From NCBI RefSeq assembly GCF_009914755.1, contig NC_060941.1: a DNA stretch of 64,000 nt, one strand, 5' to 3'. Source of the stretch: the human T2T-CHM13v2.0 reference genome, Homo sapiens. The notes beneath the pieces were generated by a model. The model was not told where the DNA came from. It was given only the letters and a program-made list of their open reading frames with translations, and searched no databases. Position numbers and translations under genes: made by a program. Positions 14,559 through 28,700 of this stretch are shown here, one piece after another (positions within the stretch are counted from its first letter, which is position 1; the number at the start of each line of letters is the position of its first letter).

Positions 14559-15135
14559 AATATTAATTCTAAAGCTAGAAATAAAATACATTTTCAAAAG
14601 TTTATGTTTTGTTTTTCTTTGACTCCACTAGAAACATGGAAAGAAAACATGCTATTGTACATTTGCTGTAAGTATTTACATGTAAATAAATTCTCTCTAC
14701 CAATAATAAACTAAAAATATTTTCAAATATTGAGAATAGCACCTAGGTATAATTATTTTCTTGATTTATTGTATAAGGCACCTAACTCAAATCAAAATTA
14801 TTTCTGTTTTGAATTTTAAAAATAAACTTTTCTATAAAAATTCTGAGAATTACCTGGTTCAATTTTTAGCTTTAATATTTGTGATAAATCTCTAGAGTTT
14901 TAATTTTGAAAGGGCAATAAACATACATTATTCAATATGATTTTGATGTCTTAACTTTGATGTAACAACTGCTACTATAATTAATTCAGAAAGATCTCTT
15001 GTCAATCTGCAGATTTTTTAATATGTAAATATTACCAGGCATCAATAAAAATAGTCCATACAACATATTAACTCAAACTCCATCATTTCAGTATGTATAA
15101 TCATTTGGCCATGATTGAAGAAAATTTTATGTGAG

Positions 15136-15182
15136 CACGCACAAACGCGCACACACACACACACCCACACACACACACACAC
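15136..15182. repeat. Imperfect (CA)n
   Basis: Read directly from sequence. Confidence 0.95.
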
Positions 15183-17302
15183 GATCTTTTCCTCATTTTA
15201 GAAATAAGTATTATCCTAAGCAAATTAATAATGTAAAAAAATTTATGTAGAGAATGCCAACCTGCCTTATACACTAGCTTTTGGAACATTCACATATAAC
15301 TTATTTGTATGCAAAGAAATATTTCATACCATATTTATTGTATCTAAAGCCAAACCTCAACTTAGCAACTTGTAAGTGGCTTAAGCACTTACAGCAACCC
15401 TGACCCTTGAAAAAATAATTCAACTCTCTTGAATAATCTCATAATTCATTCCCTTAGTTTGTATGGATTTGTTAGGTTTTCTAATGATTCCAAATGTTTT
15501 ATTTATTTTATCTTTGTTAAGATAAAGAAATAATTTAGAAGTATTTCAAAGCTTCAAACTCAAATATTATTTCCGTGTTGAATAATTCAGGCAATTAGGT
15601 TATTATTTTTTATTTTCCTGGATATCCTGGATGTGAAAAAACAAAATGCCATCTATGAAGTCATATTAGAAATAGCTGTGGCCAATCTTATCTTACAAAA
15701 TAATAAATCACTATGTTTTCTGTGTGATCGAGACATTCTAAATTGATTTTTTTTTCTGTAGGAAAATTCTAAAAGCAGTGCATTTCATATCATAATTCAA
15801 AAGCCTAATATTAGTGAGAGACCAATGGAAGCCATCCTAATATCAGATCATTCGCATTTACTAATGGGTTAACAATTGTGAAGTGTTCATAAAGAAAGAA
15901 AACATTAATTCTGAGAGCCTAAAATTTCTATAAAACTAGGTATTTTCTCAATTCAAGTATTGTTGGTGTGTTGTTTTTATTTGTAGTGCACAAATATTTA
16001 GCCATGGTCACAGATTACATGTCACATACTTAACAGAGCCAGAAAAACAAGTTTAGCCTTGATCAAGTATTTCACCACCCAAGATGATTTATTGTCCTTG
16101 AATGTAGATTTAGATAAAATAATGATAAAGTACTGATACATCAGGCTATTATCAGATGTTATAATTTATATGGTCTACACTGATTTTGTTCTCTGTAGGA
16201 CCTAATACACATGCTCTCAGATTTAGCAAAAAGGATTTTTAAAAGATAGTATAAAATCTACAAAATATATGTCTTCATGAAATTTTATACCAGCAAATCC
16301 ATGAGCACTGAACTGAGGCACAGGCAGTCTATATTTTATATGTTATGTAATTTAACTCCTCCATCACCCTTTAACACATAACCTCAACCATAAAATCTAA
16401 TTTTCTTCTGTTTCAATAATTTCAACATGATAAAGAACAAAAAGTTACAACTCTTTCTATTGTCTTAAGAATAAAAATCAATTTTCCCTAGTCAAAGACA
16501 ATATAAAAAAAAATTGAAATACAATTTTTTTAAACTCACAGTATCAGCAAATAGGGTTTTAAAAAGCATAGTTCCTTTGCTTTCTGATAGCTGAAAAACC
16601 AATGAGGACATCTTTAAAACAACTTATATGTCTAAAATTCAAACAAACATCTAGAGACTTATTTAAGATTTAGAAAAGGGTGCAATCTAGAAAATCAGCT
16701 ATAGATTATATATCTGAATAAAGAAGAATGAATTCTCTAAAAAAATTTATTGTTTTATTCTTCTACTTCTGATTGTACGGTAGACTAAACACTCTTAAAA
16801 TTTCTTCCATTTTATTTTATTTCTTATTATTTTTATTCTTTATTTTCATCATAAGACGGTAGAGCTTCTTCCATTTTAAATGTGGAATTAGACCCTGTGA
16901 GAAAAAGAATCTTATTACATATTATGACTAGCAGGAAATAAAGGAAATTATCAACCCTCCTTTCAAAAAGAGTTGGAAGGCAAATATATGAGCAGGAACA
17001 GTAATGAATGCAAATGTGGCATTATCCTGAAGATAATTATACAATACATGCTACTATCTAAAGACTAAGCTGCAAGTCAGTGGCAAAATGGGAGAACTGT
17101 ATTTAGAACTCCTCCTCCCTCACTAAACCTGGGACACTGAAAGGGCCCTAAAATGTCCCCTCTTCAGTAGCACCCCCCATACCTCCTAGAAGAAGTAAAG
17201 GAATGAGAGCATCACTTAGGCTACAGGGATCCCCATGACTTCAATCAATCAAAATTGCATTTACAATAAAACTTATGAAACCAACAAGGAAACAAGCTAG
17301 CA

Positions 17303-17393
17303 TTTATATTTTAAATCGCTTACATTCTAGGCCAGTTGACCTAGTAGAAAAATAAGTCAACTGGCCTAGAATGTAAATGATTTAAAATATAAA
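17303..17393. repeat. 38-bp inverted repeat (36/38 matched), 15-nt spacer
   Basis: tttatattttaaatcgcttacattctaggccagttgac ... gtcaactggcctagaatgtaaatgatttaaaatataaa. Confidence 0.95.
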
Positions 17394-17722
17394 ACATAAA
17401 ATAAATGTGTACAATTTAAAAATATGAAATAAAAATAACAAAAATGATGAAGCAACAGGAATCTACAATAAATGAACAAGAAAATTTGAAAAATAATCAA
17501 ATAGAACTTCAAGGAAAAAAAAGGATTATTACTAGGAAAACCTAAATGAATGGGTTACTAAAAAATTAAGGTAAGAAGAGAATGAACAAACTAATGAATG
17601 GAAATAATTAATACCCAGAGTGCAGCAGAGAGGCAAAAAGATGTAAAATATAAAACTAAATGTAAGAGTTGGAGAATTAAAAGTCTAATTGACAACAAGA
17701 AATCTCAAAAAGAAATAATAGA

Positions 17723-18013
17723 TGCCAGGCACGGTGGCTTATGCCTGTAATCCCAGCACTTTGGGAGGCTGAGGTGTGTATCATGAGGTCAGGAGTTCAA
17801 GACCAGGTTGGCAAAGATGATGAAACCCTGTCTCTACTAAAAATACAAAAATTAACTGGGCGTGGTGATGGGTGCCTGTAATCCCAGCTACTTGAAGGCT
17901 GAGGCAGAGAATTGCTTGAATCTGGGAGGCAGAGGTTGCAGTGGGCTGAGATTGCGCCACTGCACTCCAGCCTGGGTGACACGGTGAGACTCTGTCTCAA
18001 AAAAAAAAAAAAA
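17723..18013 (+). mobile_element. AluS (Sg-like)
   Basis: Full dimer with polyA. Confidence 0.95.
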
Positions 18014-19187
18014 GAGAGAAAAATAGAGAGGAAATATATGACATTATAAAATCTGAGTTTTATTTGTTAAAAACTAATAACAAACTAATAAAGTATACTT
18101 TTCAAAGGGTACATGGGCCACAATGTATATAAGAAAATTATTTAATATATTCTATTAAAACTAGGGTACGCTAAAGACAGAGGCAGGACCTAAGCTTGGA
18201 GCCAGAGAGGAAGAAGAATAAACAGCATAAAGCCAGATCATCAACACAGAACCACAATTATCATAGACTGACACCTGATTTCTCAATAGCAAAAAAGAAA
18301 CATGGATTTTTAACATTGTAAAAGTCGCTATTACTCTGGAATGCGGTACCTAGCAAAGCTGTATTTTTTAAATGATAGTTATCATTTTCAGTTAAATAAA
18401 ATAATTGTTATGCAATTAAACATAACTTAGAGGAAAATCCATAGCATTTAATTCTCTCATAGCATTTAATGTTTATATTTAAAAAATACAGACTTTAAAA
18501 CATTAATAAGGGAAATGTATGTAATGTAATTTTAGGGAAAAAGGGCAGAATCATAAGGAAGTCACAGAAAGGAAATCACAGAAATCATAAAGAAAAACAT
18601 ATTAAAGATATGAGCAAAATTTAATAAAATAAAATAAAAACTTATAGAATACAGAGACTCAACGAAGTCAATAGTGGTTATTTGAAAAATTAACAAGGTA
18701 AGTGAAAGAGTAACGAAATTTATGTAGCTGACTAAATTTTTAAAAATGCATATATAAATAGATTTATAACAAAAAGGGCACATAACTAGACACATGCAAA
18801 TGATTAAAAATGAGTATTAAGAACAACTTTTGTCACTTAAATTCTAAAAATTAGACGAAATGAGTGAATATTCAGAAAAATGTTAGTGAAACTTAAGAGA
18901 TAGGAAGTCTGAAGAAACAGAAATTTTTAAATACTTTCACAAATCAAACATCTGACCCAGACAGTTTTACAAATAATTTCTACTAAATTTTCAAGACATA
19001 AATAATTTCAATTTATACATTATTCTATGTAACAGACAATAAGGGAAGATTCTCTAGCTCATTAAATGAGGCCAGTGTAAACTTGATTCCAAAATTAGAC
19101 AAGAATGGAAACAATAAAGAAAATTCAGTAACTAATGATAAAGACACACAAATGTTAAACAATGCTATGGCAAACTGAATCTAACAG

Positions 19188-19715
19188 TTCAATAGACAGA
19201 AAAATGGCCCCCAAAGATGTCCTTGTCCTAGTATCCAGAACCAGTATGTATGCAACCCTATATAACTAAGAGACTTTGCAGAGGTGATTAAGTTAAGAAT
19301 CTTCAGATGGGAAGATTAGCCTGGATGGCCCAGGTGGGCCCAATGAATTCACAGGGGTCCTTATAAGAAAAACCGGAGGGCAGAAGGATCAGAGTCAGAG
19401 GAGATGAGGCAACAGAAGTAGAGTTCAGACACAAGGGAGATTTGAAGACATTATGCTGCTGTCTTTGAAGATAAAGGAAAGGGCCATGAGCCAAGGAATG
19501 CAGGCAGCTTCTAGTAGCTGGAAAAGACAAGAAAATGGATTCTCCACTAAAGCCTCCAGAAGGAACAGCTCTGTTGATAGCTTTATTTTGGCCTAGTAAG
19601 ATCCTCTTCAGAATTGTGACCTCTGCAACTGTCACAACGGTAAGATAACAAATGTGTGTTTTTAAGACACTAAGTTTTTAGTAATTTGCTGCAACAGCAA
19701 TAGTAAAATAATACA
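19188..19715 (+). mobile_element. MLT1D-like MaLR solo LTR
   Basis: aatggcccccaaagatgtcc...gactttgcagaggtgattaagttaag...gccaaggaatgcaggcagc...cagcaatagtaaaataataca. Confidence 0.9.
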
Positions 19716-20260
19716 AGTAGTCTGTTTATGTGTGTGTACACCCGTCATTAACAAGTTGTGTTTCCCCCAGGAATGTCAGAAGTATTTAACATCAGAAAAT
19801 GTATTAATGAAAATGTACCATATTTGTAGCTTAAAGGGAGAAAAAAACTGTATTACAACAGATTCATAAATATATTCTGATTAAATATAAAACCCAATTA
19901 TAATTTAAAACAAAGTCTATAGCAGCTAATAATAGAAGCTTCTTTAACCTAATAAAAGGGTATATATGAAATATGTATAGAAATTATTCATCTTAACTGT
20001 AAAACATAAGCGTCACTTTCTTTAAAATCAGAGACAAGTCAAACATCTCTACCATCATCACTTATACTGTACAATAAGAACAAACATAAAATTAAAAATT
20101 AAGAATCTGAGAAAAAACAAGGCAGTTATTTTTATGATTTTCTGTGATCTACACAGAAAACCTTAATGTATCCATACATAAGTTACTAAGAATACATATT
20201 AGCCTAGCAAGGTGGCTGACTATATCAATAAGTTTCCAAAGCCCATCACATATATCCTAG

Positions 20261-20833
20261 TGTGATGGACAGCCTCTAGAAGAATCCTACATAATTTCTA
20301 CCTCTGGTATTCATGCCCATGTATAATCCCCTCCTTCTGAGTGTGGGCTGAACCTATAACTTGTTGTCAACGAACAGAAATTGTCACAGGTGAGGGGATG
20401 TCACTTCCATGATTGAGTGATATTACATGACACTTTTTTCTAGCAGACTCTCCCTACAAACTCTCCTTGTTTGCTTGATTAAATAAGCCTGCCATGTGGT
20501 AAAGAACTGTGGGAAATATCTGGGTTCTATTGGCAGCCTGTAGGAACTGACAGTCACATCCAGCTGACAGCCAACAAAATATTGGGCCCCAAGTCCTACA
20601 CAGGGAAATAAATACTGCCAGAATTCTCAGTGAGCATCAAAGTGAATTCACCTGGAGGCAAGCCTCCAGATGAGAATGCAACCCACAGGCACCTTGCAGC
20701 CTTGTGAGACTCTGAGCAAATGATCACAGCAAGTCATATGTGAATTATTGACCCATGAAAACTATGTATACATGTGTGTTGTTTTAAGCTGCTATATTTG
20801 TATATGTGATACGCTGCATAGAAAACTAGTGCA
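20261..20833 (+). mobile_element. MLT1E/F-like MaLR solo LTR
   Basis: tgtgatggacagcctcta...ggtattcatgccc..gtataatcccctcc...agcctccagatgagaatgca...gcatagaaaactagtgca. Confidence 0.85.
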
Positions 20834-21577
20834 ACTAATCACCAATAGCTTTAAGAGTGCATTACAAGGCCAAAAAATCAGTATAATAAATCTATGATTA
20901 AATTTTTTATTATTATATAATAAAAAAGTGTAAGAAAAATGTAGCAAAAAGTATAAAACACGATTTAAGTAAGTTGAAGGATAAATAAGTAGAATGCTAT
21001 ATCATGTTCATTGATAGTTCAACTCAGTCATAAAAATGCCAATTCTTCCCTATTTTATCTATAGATTAAATAAAATCTAATAGGATTTTTGAGTGTGCTG
21101 ACAAATTCTAAAAATAAAAGAAGACAAGTATAAGAATGGCCAAAGCATTTCTGAAGAAAAAGATAGAAGTATTTTTAAGCACATATCAAGGTTGTTTATC
21201 ATAAAGTTGTTATGAATAAGAGATTGTGGTAATGACACTCTGAAATCAAATTTATCCAGTGGTAAAGAATAGAGAAACCAGAAGCAAACCTATGCAGCTA
21301 TAGAAGCAATAAAATAGAGATTTCATTGTAACAAGGGGTGAAAAGAGGAAAGATTTAATAAAAATGCTAAAATTATTTGTCTTCTTATATAAGAAGACGA
21401 AAATTATTACAGAAGATGAAAATGAACAAATTAATTAAAGGTAAAAGGCATAACTTTAGGACAATATCTCTATAAATGCAGGACATTGAATTGTTTCTTC
21501 AATAAGGCACAGTAACACTAACCATAAAATACCTACCAATTAAACTACAATAACATTAAAAACTTCTGTTTGTTTAA

Positions 21578-22295
21578 TTATTCATTCAACAAATATCTAC
21601 TGAGTGCCTAGTACCAAATAGTATATTCTAGGCATTAGATACATAACAGTAATCAAAACAAATCCCTGCCTTGGTGAATTTTACATTCTAGAAAGAAGGT
21701 AAAGAAAGAAGAAATAAGATACACAGTATGTATGCTATATGGGGAGGGGATCATTAAGGAGTGAGGGAGCAATTGAGCCACTGGAGAAGAGTTATTATAT
21801 TGAAGTAACCAGCAAAGATTCACTGAGACATTTTTGGCATAAATTCCTGAATGAAGCAAGAAATCGATTTTCCATGTAGTCATCTGGGGAAGCACGTGCC
21901 AGTCAGAGGGACTGCAAGTGAAATGGCACTGGCGTAGCAGCATGCTTTACGTGTCCGAGGAACAGTGAGGAGGCCACCTGCCTACAAAAGGATGTATGAG
22001 GAGAGTAGGAGGAAACAGGTGAAACAGTACTGGAGGCCGTGTCACAGGGGATTCTTCAGTCATACTAAATCATTTGAATTAGATTCTTCTGAGTAAAATG
22101 AGGAATCATCAGAGCATTTTAGGAAAGGAGTAAAATGATCTGCTCACGTAAAACTAGATCCTTCTGGCTGTTCTACCATAAGAAGATTAAAGAAGGGCAT
22201 AAACGTCTGTTAGAAAGCTACTGCAATATTCCAGGCAAGAAATAATGGTGCATTTACTAGGGTAGAATCTGTGAACACGAAGAGAAGTAGTTAGC
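21578..22295 (-). mobile_element. L2 (L2a-like) 3' portion
   Basis: Hallmark ttattcattcaacaaatatctactgagtgcct...aaatccctgccttggtgaattttacattctag. Confidence 0.85.
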
Positions 22296-22880
22296 TAATC
22301 AAATAACCAAACATGGAGAACATAATCATGTGTCAATGAGTTTACATCCAAAAAATATATAGAACTCTGCTGAATCAATAAAAAACCCATACCAAAAATA
22401 GAAAATAAAACATTTTTACAAAATAGGAAATACGATTTCCCGATAAACATAGGGAAAGATATTCAACCTCATCTGAAATCAGGAAAATGCACACTAAAAC
22501 TAAAGTGAGATGCAATTTTATGCATATTCTATTGAACAGATTAATCTGACAAGAGTTGGCAATCTGAGGATCAACAGAAACTCTTAGGTACTCCTGATGA
22601 CAATGTGATTTTACAACAGCTTTGGGAAAGCAATTTGGGATTATCTTATAAAGCTGAACATTTACACAATCTACCAGGACCCAACAATAACGCTACTGGG
22701 GTTACACCTTAGAGAAACTTGAACATGTTTAGCAGGAGACATTTATAGAATGTTAATAGAAACATAACTTAAAATAGGAAAAAATAAAATAAAATAACAA
22801 AAACAGCAGACAATGTGAATATATATAAACAAAAGAATAGATACATTATTCACTTCATGAAATATTATATAGCAGTGGAA

Positions 22881-23291
<411 letters not shown>

Positions 23292-25045
23292 TTAATGTGA
23301 TTAAATTATAAAAATATAATATTGAAGAAAAAATCATAGAAGCCCATCATAAAATGACAGCATTTTGTATAATGCCCAAAACCAAGCAAAAATTAATTAT
23401 ATAATTAATATATACATGCATACATATATATATACATAAACACAGACATTACATATATACATGTAAGATAATATATATTCCACATGTAAAATTAAAAGAA
23501 AAAATTATAAACACAAATTTACGTGGCTTCAATAGTGTTTATAGTATTCTAGTTCATAAATATAGCCTCACAGGTATTCATTTCATTAATGTGCCATAAG
23601 TTACATCTAAATAATACACATTTTGTACATATTAAATATTACACAAATATAAATTTTCAAAGCTATAAATTTACTTGATATTTGAATGTTGAATGTTCCT
23701 TAGGTTAAAATTAAAGTGGTTATGATATTTGACAATATACCAATTTGAGACGAAAGTAATCTGAGGTCTTCTTAGGTGATCAAACATGAATAAGGAACTC
23801 AATTTTGGATTAAAGTTATGACATATGTAAGTATCAAAGTACATTATATACATCCTTTTTCACCTGCGAAATTAAATTTACATTTCTCAGCTAATCCATT
23901 CTGAGCGTACTTGACATAATTTATGCTCCCTGGCATAATTGTTCTAGCCTGATAGATCCTATAATGTTTTTTATTTAGTACTTTTTTCCAAATATTGTAA
24001 CTATGCCCTTATGTGTCCATATTACACAAACCTTGAATTTCTTTAGCATATAAATGGTCCTTTATACATCTAATGCCAAGTAACTTATCTGTAGCACAAT
24101 CCATAAATATTTGTGGAAAGAAAATAACAAATCAAAATGTTAAACTGTAATGGCTTACTTAAGTTAATCATTTCAAATCTTTGGCTTCATTGTGAAGAAT
24201 TCTTAGTTGAACATCATACTGTGAAGTGAAAAAGACTAGGTTTAACATATCTTTATGTTCTTTAATAAATTTGGAGTAGTCAGGGAATCACAAACAGTGA
24301 TATTTAGTTTCAGTATATCTACTACCGATATTTATATTTTTGACATCATGATTTCATGTCTTAACGACACTGCTGTTTGTAAGATTAGTCTCATTAAACA
24401 TATTTTAGTATCTGCTCTTTCTCTTCTATTGAATTGCTCTTTCTCTTGTGGTATTGAACAGGTTAGATGCAAAGGTGAAAGAAGTCAATATAATAGATGG
24501 AAGCTGAACAGAAGAATTGGTAAATTTTAAATCCACTGTCAGGAATGATAGCTTGCAAAGTACAATTTAAGTGAACATTTCAGAAGTTAAGATACATTAG
24601 ACATAGTCATTACCTTTGAGGACATTACGGTCTGCTGTTCACATACAGATAAAGAGCTAAATTTGAACATTATTAAATGTCTGACATTATTTTTTAAGAT
24701 AATGTGGTCCTTGAAGGATTCAGAAAAACAATATGAGATTTCTTTATGATGGCTCTTTAAGCTAATACTTTATAGTATGTGGCAAGGATAGAAAAGTAAA
24801 AATTCAAAGAACACAGACGATATCTGAAATAAGCCAATGGTCTCTATAAACAGAAATGGAACAGAAAAGTGAAGCAGGACAAAAATCAAGAGATGGCTAC
24901 AAGTCTGCCACAAGCCTGCACGCAGAAAGAAATGACTAAGAGTTTGGCTTCTGTGGGGTAAAAAGTACAAAATTAGCTATGTAAGTGTCTGGCTTTAGCA
25001 AATGAGGGGTTGAGATCTTTATTATTCATGAAAGAAAAACAAGTA

Positions 25046-25353
25046 GGTCGGGCGCAGTGGCTCATGCCTCTAATTCCAGCACTTTGGAAGGCCAAGGCAG
25101 GCAGATCACAAGGTCAGGAGTTCAAGACCAGCCTGACCAACATGGTGAAACTCCGTCTCTACTAAAAATACAAACATTACCCAGGCATGGTGGCGTGCGT
25201 CCGTAATCCCAGCCACTCAGGAGGTTGAGGCAGGAAAATCACTTGAACCCAGGAAGCAGAAGTTGCAGTGAGCCGAGATCACACCATTGCACTTCAGCCT
25301 GGGCAACAGAGTGAGATTCTGTCTCAAAAAAAAAAAAAAAAAAAAAAAAAAAA
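25046..25353 (+). mobile_element. AluS (Sg/Sq-like)
   Basis: Full dimer; TSD aagaa(a/g)aacaagta. Confidence 0.95.
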
Positions 25354-25775
25354 GAAGAAGAACAAGTAAAACCACTGTATCCAAGTAAAACCACTGCATC
25401 CCTGTGACTAAGGCTCATGTTGGGTTTGTACCTAGAAAGAAAAAGAAGCAAGCATTACCTCCACTTGAGAAATGAACCAAACTGAGCCAAAAATGGAATG
25501 AAACAAAAATTCAGTTACTAGACTGATAACATCTCTACTCTGTTCACAGTGTGGCTACCCCTATTCAAACAAGTTAATAAGACCTGTTTATGAACCAGGA
25601 ACACCAGAAGTCTAATTTGAGTTAACGAATGGGTATTGACTGGGAGAGGAGTTGGTTATAAACACACCACACAGGAATGAAAAAATAAACATGAACACTA
25701 AACAATCAATGAGAAATAAATTGCTTCAAAGTCAAAATGAGACTAAAAGCAAAATTCTAAAACACATAGAAAAAA

Positions 25776-28700
25776 CTTTTTTTTCTTTTTTCAAGATGGC
25801 TAACTACGGATATCAGATGCCAGTTCTTCTCAGAAAGATTAGAGTTACAAGTGGTGAGGGGGGCTATATTTAGCCCTCTTAAAAAATGCCAACAAATAAT
25901 TTTATATCATGCTAAACTAAGCTTCATAAATGAAGGAGGAATAAAGCCTAACCTAGAAAAGCAAATGCTAAGGAAATTTGCCATTACTAAACCAATTCAC
26001 AAGAAATGCTCAAAAAAATTAAACATTGAAAGGATGATACCTACTACCATAAAAGCACACGTAAGTACACAGTTCACAAATACCTATAAAGAAATTATAC
26101 AACTGAGACTACAAGGCCCATAGCTAACAGCACTATAACAGGAACAAACTTCACATATAAATACTAACCTTAAATACAAATTGCCAAAATGCTCCACATA
26201 AAAGATACAAATGGGCAAAGTGGATTAAAAAACAAGACCGAAACATCTGCTGCCTACAAGAGAAACACCTAATGTGTAATGACACCCTCAGGCTCAAAGT
26301 AAAAAGGTGGAGAAAGACATATCACCCAAATAGAAAATAAATAATAGCAGTGGCTGTATTTTGTATCATCAAACAAAAACAAAACAGACTTTAAACCAAC
26401 AACAGTAAAAAAAAAAAAAAAAAAAAAAAAAAGACAAGGCACTCTGTAATGATAAATTGTTCAACTCAATAAGAAGATTTAACTATCCTAAAATATACCC
26501 ACCGAACACTGGAGTACCTAGATTTGTAAAACAAATACTATCAGGACTAAGAAATCAGAAGGACAGCCATACAATAATTGTGGGGAATTTTAACACCTTA
26601 CTGACAGAAGACAGAACTAGACAGATCATCATCATATAACACTAACAAAGAAACTATGGATTTAAACTGGAATTTTGACCAAATGGATGTAATAGAATAT
26701 TCAAGCCAACAACCACAAAATATATGTGTTTCTCATCTGCAAATGGACCACTCTATAAAATTAACCATATGCTTTATCATAAAGCAAGCCTCAATACATT
26801 CAAAATAATTGAAATAATAACAAGTTTCACCAAAGACCACAGTGGCATAAAATTAGAAATAAATACTAAGAGCAACTCTCAAAACCACACAAGTACATGG
26901 AAACCAAACAACTCTCTCCTGAGTGACATTTGGGTAACAAAGAAATTAAGGTAGAAATCAAAGAAAAATTTGAAACATATAAAATACAGACACAACATAG
27001 TAAAACCTCTGAGATATAGCAAAAGTGATGTTAAGAGGAAATTTTATAGTGCTAAAGGCCTACATCAAAAAGATGAATCTCAAATTAACAACCTAACATC
27101 ACACCTCAAGGAACTAGGAAACAAGAATAAAGCAAACTTAAAGCTAGCAGAAGAAAAGAAATAACAAAGATCAGAACAGAACTATATAAAATTGAGACCA
27201 AAAGAACCATACAATGAAATCAATAAAACAAAAAGTTGGTTCTTTCAAAGAATATACAAAATTGACAGACTGCTAGCCAGATTAACTTAGAAAAAATAGA
27301 AAAGATGCAAATAATCACAATCAGAAATGATAAGGTGGCATTACAAATCATACCATAGAAATACAAAAGATTATCAGAGACGACTACGAATATCTCTATG
27401 CACACAAACCAAAAGACTTAGGCAAAGTGTATACGTTCCTGGAAACATACAACCTCCCAAGATTGAAACAGGAAGACACTGAAACCCTATACAGATCAAT
27501 AACAAGTAATGAAATTGAATCAGTAATAACAAAATTCTACCAACCAATGGTAGATTTTCAGATGGATTCACAGCTGAATTCTACCAGACCTACAAAGAAG
27601 AGCTGGTACCAATCTTACTCAAACTATTCCCAAAAAATCAAGGTGAGAGATTCTCCCCTAATTCATTCTATGAAACCAGTATCATCCTGTTAACATAATC
27701 TGGCAATGACACAGCAAAAAATGAAAACTACAGGCCAATACCTCTGATGAACATAGACTCAAAAATTCTCAACATAGTACTAGCAAAACAAATCCAATAG
27801 CACATCAAAAAGATAATTCATCACCATCACATAGATTTTATCCCAGTAATGTAAAGATTGTTGAACATATGTAAATCAAAAATGTGATTCACCACATTAA
27901 TAGAATTAAAAATAAAAACTATATGATAATTTCAGTAGATTCAGAAAAAAGGATCTAGTAAAATCCCACATTGGTTCATGAAAAAAAAAACCCTCAACAA
28001 ATTAGGCAACTAGGGAACATACCTCAAAATAATAAAAGCCATATATGACAAACCCACAGACAACAACATACTGAATAGAGAAATGTTGAAACATTTCCCC
28101 CTAGTAACTAGTGCAAGACAAGTATGTCCACTCTCACCAATCCTATTCAACATAGTACTGGAGGTCCAGAGCAATCAGATAAGAGGAAGAAATATAAGAC
28201 ATCCACAATGGAAAAGAAGTCAAATTATCTCTGCTGATGGCATGACTTTATACATAGAAAACCCTAAAGTCTCTCCAAAAAATTCTTATATTTGATAAAC
28301 CAATTGTGTGAAATTTTAGGGTACAAAATCAACGTACAGAAAGCCGACGCATTTCTATATGCCAATAACAATCAAGCTGAGAACCAAATCAAGAAAGCAA
28401 ACCTATTTAAAATAGATACAAAAAGATAAAATACCTAGAAATACATTTAACCAAGGTGGTAAAAGACGTCTGCAAAAAATAAAAACAACAACAACAACAA
28501 CAACAAACAACTACAAAACACTGATGAAAGAAATTATAATTAACGTAAACGAATGAAAAATATCCCACGCACATGGCAAGTATTAGTCATTATTATTAAA
28601 ACAACTATACTACCCAAAGCAATTTACAGATTCAACGCTATTCCTATCAGATTACCAATGTCACAGAATTAGAAAAGACAATTCTAGAATTCATGTAAAA

